32,000 nucleotides of DNA from Candidatus Methylomirabilis oxygeniifera. Its GTDB lineage: Bacteria > Methylomirabilota > Methylomirabilia > Methylomirabilales > Methylomirabilaceae. Within the stretch, counting starts at the first letter, position 1; each line of letters starts with the position of its first letter. The DNA lies in assembly GCA_000091165.1 (NCBI GenBank), contig FP565575.1, positions 2,670,001 to 2,702,000 on the forward strand, given 5' to 3'. The notes beneath the pieces were generated by a model. That model ran no database searches. It worked only from the letters and a program-made list of their open reading frames with translations, and was not told where the DNA came from. The position numbers were made by a program, and so were the translations under genes. Shown in pieces: positions 26,772-32,000 of the stretch.

Positions 26772-28256
26772 CTACCCTTCCGACCCGATTACCACATACC
26801 GCGTTCCACCGTCCCGCTTGACCAGAAGAAGTGTCGGTTCATCCGGCTTGGTTTTCTCCAGGACACGCCTGACCTGGTTTACTGTTGTCACCCTGACACG
26901 GTTAATCTCCAGGATCAGATCCCCGGGTTGCAACCCGACCGAGTCGCCCGGACTATCCGGTTCAACCTCTGTGATCACGACCCCTTTTTCACCCTTTAAT
27001 CCAAACTTACGTGCGAGTGCCGGCGTGAGCTCCTGAATATCGATCCCCAGCTTCGTTTTCGGAGAAGTCGCCGCCATGGCCGCCACTTGCTCTTCTTTAA
27101 GCTCCCCAACCTTGACCTGCAGCGTGACGTCGGCTCCGTCGCGGACAACCTTCATGGGGACCTCTTTTCCTACCGGCGTACTGGCCACCATATGAGGCAG
27201 ATCAGTGGAGGACTTGATCGTTTTACCGTCAAACTCGACGATGACGTCCCCCTGTTTGACTCCAGCCTGTTCGGCCGGCGATCCCTCCATCACATCCGAC
27301 ACCAGGGCGCCATTGGCCTGCTTGAGGGAGAATTTCTTACCGAGGTCCGGGGTAATCGGCTGGATCGCTACTCCAAGCCATCCGCGGGTCACCTGCCCAC
27401 GCTCCTTCAACTGGGGTAGGACCTCCTTCGCCATCTCGATGGGAATCGCAAAGCCGATCCCGATCGAGCCGCCCGTTGGGCTGAAGATCGCGGTGTTGAT
27501 TCCCACCGCCTCGCCGTTCGTGTTGATCAGCGGTCCGCCGCTATTGCCTCGATTAATCGAGGCATCGGTCTGGATGAAGTTGTCATATGGGCCTTCGCCG
27601 ATGAACCGGCCCTTGGCGCTGACGATGCCGGTGGTGACGGTCTGGTTCAGGCCGAATGGATTGCCGATTGCCATGACCGGCTCGCCGACTTCCAGCCTAT
27701 CCGAGTTGCCAAACGGGATCACCGGTAAGCCGGAGGCCTCGATTTTGATGATGGCGATATCAGTCTTCGGATCCCTCCCGATCACCTTCGCCTTGAACTC
27801 TCGACTATCACCCAGCTTGACGGTGATGTCCGTCGCATTTTCGACCACGTGGTTATTCGTCAGGATGTAGCCGTCTTTGTTGACAATGAAGCCGGATCCC
27901 AGACTGGTCGCCTTAAACTGCCTCGGCTGATCGCCGAAGAACCGTTTGAAGAACTCGTTGAAAGGGTCATCTTCGCTGTAAGGGCCACGGGACTGGACGC
28001 CCCTTTTGACTACCTGGGTAGTGCTGATATTCACCACAGCGGGGGTCAACTCCTTTGCCAGTTTGACCCAGAGCTTTCCGTCTGAGATCTGGCTCGAACT
28101 GAACAGCCCGCTCTCTCCTTTTTCGGTCCACACTTGAGCAGTCGTGGCCTTTGTGAGCGGGACCAGATTCAAGGAGGCCGTAATCAGCACTCCAAGAATC
28201 AAACAGGACGCTGCAACGACGATTAAGGTCCTGGTGTGAAACCGTCCATTATGCAT
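26772..28256 (-). CDS. Do/DegP/HtrA-family periplasmic serine protease with two PDZ domains
   Basis: GSGFIVNKDGYILTNNHVV, KTDIAIIKIEA, SINRGNSGGPLINTNGEAVGINTAI, with PDZ blocks GWLGVAIQP and LGIDIQELTP. Confidence 0.96.
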   Translation of the reverse strand: MHNGRFHTRTLIVVAASCLILGVLITASLNLVPLTKATTAQVWTEKGESGLFSSSQISDGKLWVKLAKELTPAVVNISTTQVVKRGVQSRGPYSEDDPFNEFFKRFFGDQPRQFKATSLGSGFIVNKDGYILTNNHVVENATDITVKLGDSREFKAKVIGRDPKTDIAIIKIEASGLPVIPFGNSDRLEVGEPVMAIGNPFGLNQTVTTGIVSAKGRFIGEGPYDNFIQTDASINRGNSGGPLINTNGEAVGINTAIFSPTGGSIGIGFAIPIEMAKEVLPQLKERGQVTRGWLGVAIQPITPDLGKKFSLKQANGALVSDVMEGSPAEQAGVKQGDVIVEFDGKTIKSSTDLPHMVASTPVGKEVPMKVVRDGADVTLQVKVGELKEEQVAAMAATSPKTKLGIDIQELTPALARKFGLKGEKGVVITEVEPDSPGDSVGLQPGDLILEINRVRVTTVNQVRRVLEKTKPDEPTLLLVKRDGGTRYVVIGSEG

Positions 28257-28675
28257 CGTATCCCCCTGCGATGGTGTGGCCTGACTCCGTTTCCGGTCGG
28301 CAAACCCAGATATGCACCTTTATTACGACACGGTAAATGCGGGAGCGTTTAGGAGAACCTTCCCGGGGTTGACCACAACGCCCCCGCCTTTATTGCTCCT
28401 AGCTTAGCAGACTCATTGCTCAAATTCAACAGACCCCTCTGTACCGAAAGTGGAGTGATCATACATGGGTAACGCTCACTGGTACGGCAAAGATATGATC
28501 GACCGGAAACCATGGACGGCAAATCATGTATCACGGGACGACCGGGTAGTATATTAATAGTAGGGTCTTCGATGGCGAAGACCCGATCAACACCAAAGGG
28601 AGCATGCCCCCGCGTGCTGCAGGTACCGATGACGGTAAGGCGGCAATGGGTACAACGTAGACGGGAGGGTAAAAA

Positions 28676-29644
28676 GTGGGGCGGATCCGTAGTCTTCTCC
28701 TGCTCCTGGGTCTCGTGCTCTTGGGGGTGCTCCTCGTCAGGATTGACTTGCGCCCGGTCCTCTATCAGGTGCGATCTCTCTCATGGGGATTGTTGCTCCT
28801 TCTTTTCCCGTGTGGGCTTACCGTGATTCTGGATACCTTCGGATGGCGATACGCCTTTCGAGGACGCCTTCTACCCGCTTCTACTCTTTTACCTGTTCGC
28901 CTGGCGGGTAAAGCTTTCAATATGACAAGTCTCACCGCCACTCTGGGGGGTGAGCCGGTCAAGGTCTATCTCCTCCGCGCGTGGGTATCCGTAGAAGAAG
29001 GTGTAGCCTCGGTGGTCATCGATAAGACGACGTCGCTTCTGGCCCAGGTATGCGTGCTCCTGCTTGGCCTCGTTTTCTCCCCTCTGCTCTTACCGGCAGG
29101 ATCTCCCTTTCTGAATGGAATGGTGGGCCTGGCGCTGCTGGGGGTGTTGGCGACCGGAGGATTTATCATGGCGCAGCGACGCGGGCTCTGCAGTCGATCC
29201 CTGATGATGCTCAATCGCCTGGGCCTTACGTGGCATCGGGGGGTCGAGGCCGCTCAGGGACTGGATGACGCCATTGCCGCGTTCTACTCGATCCACCGCC
29301 CGCGCCTCATCCTGTCGTATCTCTTTCACCTGATGGCGTCTCTGGTCGGGATCCTGGAGGTCTACCTGATCCTCTGGCTGCTCGGACTTCCGATCTCCTT
29401 GACGACAGCCCTGATGATCGAGGCCTTCAGCTCGGCCATCAGGGCCGCCGGTTTCCTGGTCCCTGGCGCCATCGGCGTGGAGGAGGGCGGCAATGTGGCC
29501 GTCTTCCTGGCCTTGGGGTTAACGGCGGAGGTAGCGCTTTCTTTCAGTGTTATCCGCCGGATACGAGAGCTGGTCGTGATAGTCGCCGGCTTGGCGGCCT
29601 TGGCGGTTGTTCGAAGGGGCCGCCCCATTCCGCATCCGGGGTGA
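28676..29644 (+). CDS. Lysylphosphatidylglycerol synthase TM-region / UPF0104-like membrane protein
   Basis: Multi-TM protein with GRLLPASTLLPVRLAGKAFNMTSLTATLGGEPVKVYLLR and PGAIGVEEGGNVAVFLALGL. GTG start. Confidence 0.8.
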   Translation: MGRIRSLLLLLGLVLLGVLLVRIDLRPVLYQVRSLSWGLLLLLFPCGLTVILDTFGWRYAFRGRLLPASTLLPVRLAGKAFNMTSLTATLGGEPVKVYLLRAWVSVEEGVASVVIDKTTSLLAQVCVLLLGLVFSPLLLPAGSPFLNGMVGLALLGVLATGGFIMAQRRGLCSRSLMMLNRLGLTWHRGVEAAQGLDDAIAAFYSIHRPRLILSYLFHLMASLVGILEVYLILWLLGLPISLTTALMIEAFSSAIRAAGFLVPGAIGVEEGGNVAVFLALGLTAEVALSFSVIRRIRELVVIVAGLAALAVVRRGRPIPHPG

Positions 29645-29820
29645 TCAGGTTCGGGCGTTATGTCAACGTCAGAGGATCTCAACGGTCGAAGAATCCTTCT
29701 ACCGGTGTTGCCCTGCAAATCACCGCGAGCGGCCGAGGACGGCTTGACGCAGCTTCTCACCTGGCCTACACTTCACCTGAACCCCGTATTGTTTCTTTGT
29801 CGACAAGGAGGAAGGAACCT

Positions 29821-30561
29821 ATGAAGAGACGGTCACGCTGGATCCAAAGCCTGTCTTTTACCGTTCTTCTTCTCGCCTTTGTAGGTGATCCCCTGAACGC
29901 CGAGGAGATTCGCAACGATCCGGAGGCCCGTACCCTGCTGGAGGAGGCCCGCGGGCGCGTTGTCGTGTGGGACCGCTTCCCGGGCTTTGAGGCGACACTC
30001 GAGGTAGACCATGATGGAAAAAGATCGGGCGGCGAGCTGACGGTCCTGCCTTCCGGAAAGGTGGAGGTTACGCTTCAAGACCGCGAGGCGCAAGAGTGGG
30101 TCGGGGGGATCCTGAAGTCGCTCGTTAACCATCGACTGAAAACGGACACACACAAGCACGAGGAGGCGCCGATTGCCTTCGGTTCTGAGGATCGGCATCC
30201 GTTGGGACGCCTGGTGAAGAAAGGCGACCGCTTCTCATCGACGTACCGCATCAAGGATCGACAGATTCTCCAGGTCAACCAGAAAACCGAAAAAGGATGG
30301 TTGAGCCTGAACGTCTTAGAGTACGTCCAGACGCTTCATGGCTTCTTGCCCAGGCAGGTGGCTGTCTTTCAGTTCGACGAAAAGGGTGCGCTCGAGAAAA
30401 GCACCGTCTTTACTGATGAGTATATCGAGGTAGAAAAGTTCTGGCTTCCTAAGTCCCGCGTGATCTTCGTCGCCCACGGGGCGAAGATCGAGGTCTCGAA
30501 GATTTACTTCCAAAAGCACCGCCCGCTTCCGAAAGAAGCGGCTAAGGTCCCCGCTTCCTGA
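29821..30561 (+). CDS. Secreted protein of unknown function
   Basis: ATG at 29821 with AAGGAGG-like SD; signal peptide MKRRSRWIQSLSFTVLLLAFVGDPLNAEE. Confidence 0.7.
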   Translation: MKRRSRWIQSLSFTVLLLAFVGDPLNAEEIRNDPEARTLLEEARGRVVVWDRFPGFEATLEVDHDGKRSGGELTVLPSGKVEVTLQDREAQEWVGGILKSLVNHRLKTDTHKHEEAPIAFGSEDRHPLGRLVKKGDRFSSTYRIKDRQILQVNQKTEKGWLSLNVLEYVQTLHGFLPRQVAVFQFDEKGALEKSTVFTDEYIEVEKFWLPKSRVIFVAHGAKIEVSKIYFQKHRPLPKEAAKVPAS

Positions 30562-30573
30562 TCCCGGGCGTCG

Positions 30574-31380
30574 TTAATGCCCCTTTTCAGCGACGAGCAT
30601 GAGCGCCGCAAGGTTCCGGTCGTACTGACGGAATACGCGCCGCATTGCGTGTATCCGCTGGCGCGCCGCCGGATTTCGCAGAACATTCCAGGCGATTCGC
30701 GCCATCCCCGCCAGCCCTTCATTCCGGATCATCTGAGACGGTTCGAGCAGGTGCATCGGAGTAGTGGCCTGCGCCTTGATCATGAACCCTTCGCCTTGCA
30801 GCAGCGCCTTCCATTCCGACACGGTCATCGGACGCACCCCCACATGAATGGACTGCGAGAGTGCGCGGTTGATGGCGTCTCTGGTCGCGCTGTCGATATC
30901 GTCGGGAGCTAAAGCCAGTTCATGAATGCCGCAACGGCCGCCTGACGCCAGTACACGCTTGGCCTCCTGAATAATCCTGGCCTTGTTCTCCGGTGTCTTC
31001 ATACTCAACATCGCTTCGCAGTACACCACCGTGGCGCTACTGTCCGGTAAACCTGAGTGTTCCGCCTGGCCGACAACACACCGCTGATTATCGCCTTTCA
31101 GATAGCCCTGTACTCGTTTTGCGGCGGCATCGTCAGCTTCTACCGCGGTGTAGACGGACGGGGATTTCGCCAGCACCAGTTGCGCCGTCACACCCAGCCC
31201 TGGCGCAAATTCGACCACCCTGTCCGTTGGGCCGATCGTGAGTGCGTCCAGCATCCGGCGGGTTAATTCAAGGCCGCCGGGACGCAACACCCGTTTTCCC
31301 ATCTGTGCCAGCAGCCAGTGCCCCGGCATCTTCTCAACGTGCAGTCCGTGTCCCGGCAGGATCTCCTCGTGTTCACTCAT
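30574..31380 (-). CDS. Class I SAM-dependent methyltransferase
   Basis: VVEFAPGLGVTAQLVLAKSPSVYTAVEADDAAAKRV, VVYCEAMLSMKTPENKARIIQEAKRVLASGGRCGIHEL. Confidence 0.85.
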   Translation of the reverse strand: MSEHEEILPGHGLHVEKMPGHWLLAQMGKRVLRPGGLELTRRMLDALTIGPTDRVVEFAPGLGVTAQLVLAKSPSVYTAVEADDAAAKRVQGYLKGDNQRCVVGQAEHSGLPDSSATVVYCEAMLSMKTPENKARIIQEAKRVLASGGRCGIHELALAPDDIDSATRDAINRALSQSIHVGVRPMTVSEWKALLQGEGFMIKAQATTPMHLLEPSQMIRNEGLAGMARIAWNVLRNPAARQRIHAMRRVFRQYDRNLAALMLVAEKGH

Positions 31381-31595
31381 GAGCTTTTCCGCTTTTCCTC
31401 TCGAATGGTTAGCCAGCAACCAGGAGTCACACACCCACAGTGGCTCATCGATGATCGGTTGCCTGGTTCATCTTTGTGAACAAGTCACAACTACTATTGT
31501 AGATCGTAGTCTCATAGTAGGGCAATCATATGCAAAGCGCAAGATACCTGGGAAGCGGTTGCGGCGTACGTACTCTGAGATCGCGCGGGGACCGC

Positions 31596-32000
31596 TCAAC
31601 TCGTGAACTGAAGCCGCGACAGGAGGGCATAGAGGGCAAAGTTGTAAGGCGCGTGAAGACCGTATTCGGCTGCTTTTTTTATGATAACGCCATTCAAGGC
31701 GTCATGCTCCAACGGTTTCCCCGCCTCATGGTCCTGACGCATTGATGTCTTCACGCCGTAGTGCCGGGAGAACTTGACGTTTCGTTCCCACACCTCTTCA
31801 CAAGCAAGGCTGACCCCTGACGCGTTCGCCACAGCGACAACCTCCGCCGTCACCAGCTTCGCCAGCTCAAGGGTGTGGGGATTCTCGAGAATGACCTTGA
31901 CGGGACCGCCGACCAGTGTATTGATCGCGTTAAAAGGGGCGTTCCAGGCGAGCTTCGTCCAGAGGACCGCCTGTATATTGGACGATATTTCAGCCGGAAG
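31596..32000 (-). CDS. Partial 2-dehydropantoate 2-reductase (ketopantoate reductase) C-terminal domain, runs off the right edge
   Basis: The open frame continues to 32000: ISSNIQAVLWTKLAWNAPFNAINTLVGGPVKVILENPHTLELAKLV...KTSMRQDHEAGKPLEHDALNGVIIKKAAEYGLHAPYNFALYALLSRL. Confidence 0.88.
   Translation of the reverse strand, partial: LPAEISSNIQAVLWTKLAWNAPFNAINTLVGGPVKVILENPHTLELAKLVTAEVVAVANASGVSLACEEVWERNVKFSRHYGVKTSMRQDHEAGKPLEHDALNGVIIKKAAEYGLHAPYNFALYALLSRLQFTS

Noticed and set aside
1-32000. CRISPR array, integrase or transposase
   Set aside because: I looked for regularly spaced direct repeats and for integrase/transposase motifs on both strands and found none. The repeats present are isolated pairs or dyads.

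Overview
GC-rich bacterial chromosome segment. Gene order and protein style suggest an NC10/Methylomirabilis-like organism, but this is low-confidence inference only. Conserved blocks: (1) minus strand 2046-8425, comM, yraN, rnhB, rplS, trmD, rimM, a KH protein, rpsP and ffh; (2) plus strand 12741-18366, a class V aminotransferase, serA, hisZ, purA and tRNA-Lys(TTT); (3) minus strand 25269-28256, queC, queE and a DegP/HtrA-type protease. Three accessory zones break these up. Zone 9.4-12.2 kb holds an orphan HTH gene, a ParE-type toxin-antitoxin pair, a frame-disrupted BrnT/BrnA-like module and short repeats. Zone 18.4-24.7 kb lies beside tRNA-Lys and holds dusB, a secreted trypsin-like protease, an FRG-domain gene with an unannotated coupled micro-ORF, a toxin-antitoxin pair, and two dispersed direct repeat pairs. 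One repeat copy carries a 20/22 match to the tRNA-Lys 3' end. Zone 0.7-1.0 kb is a strongly structured leader (nested hairpin, possible H-type pseudoknot, terminator-like hairpin) before a small secreted protein gene. The most interesting leads are that leader, the tRNA-Lys-like repeat pair bounding the accessory zone, the FRG gene with its micro-ORF, and the decayed BrnT/BrnA module. No CRISPR array, rRNA, integrase or transposase was seen. All family calls are from motif recognition by eye, with no database search.
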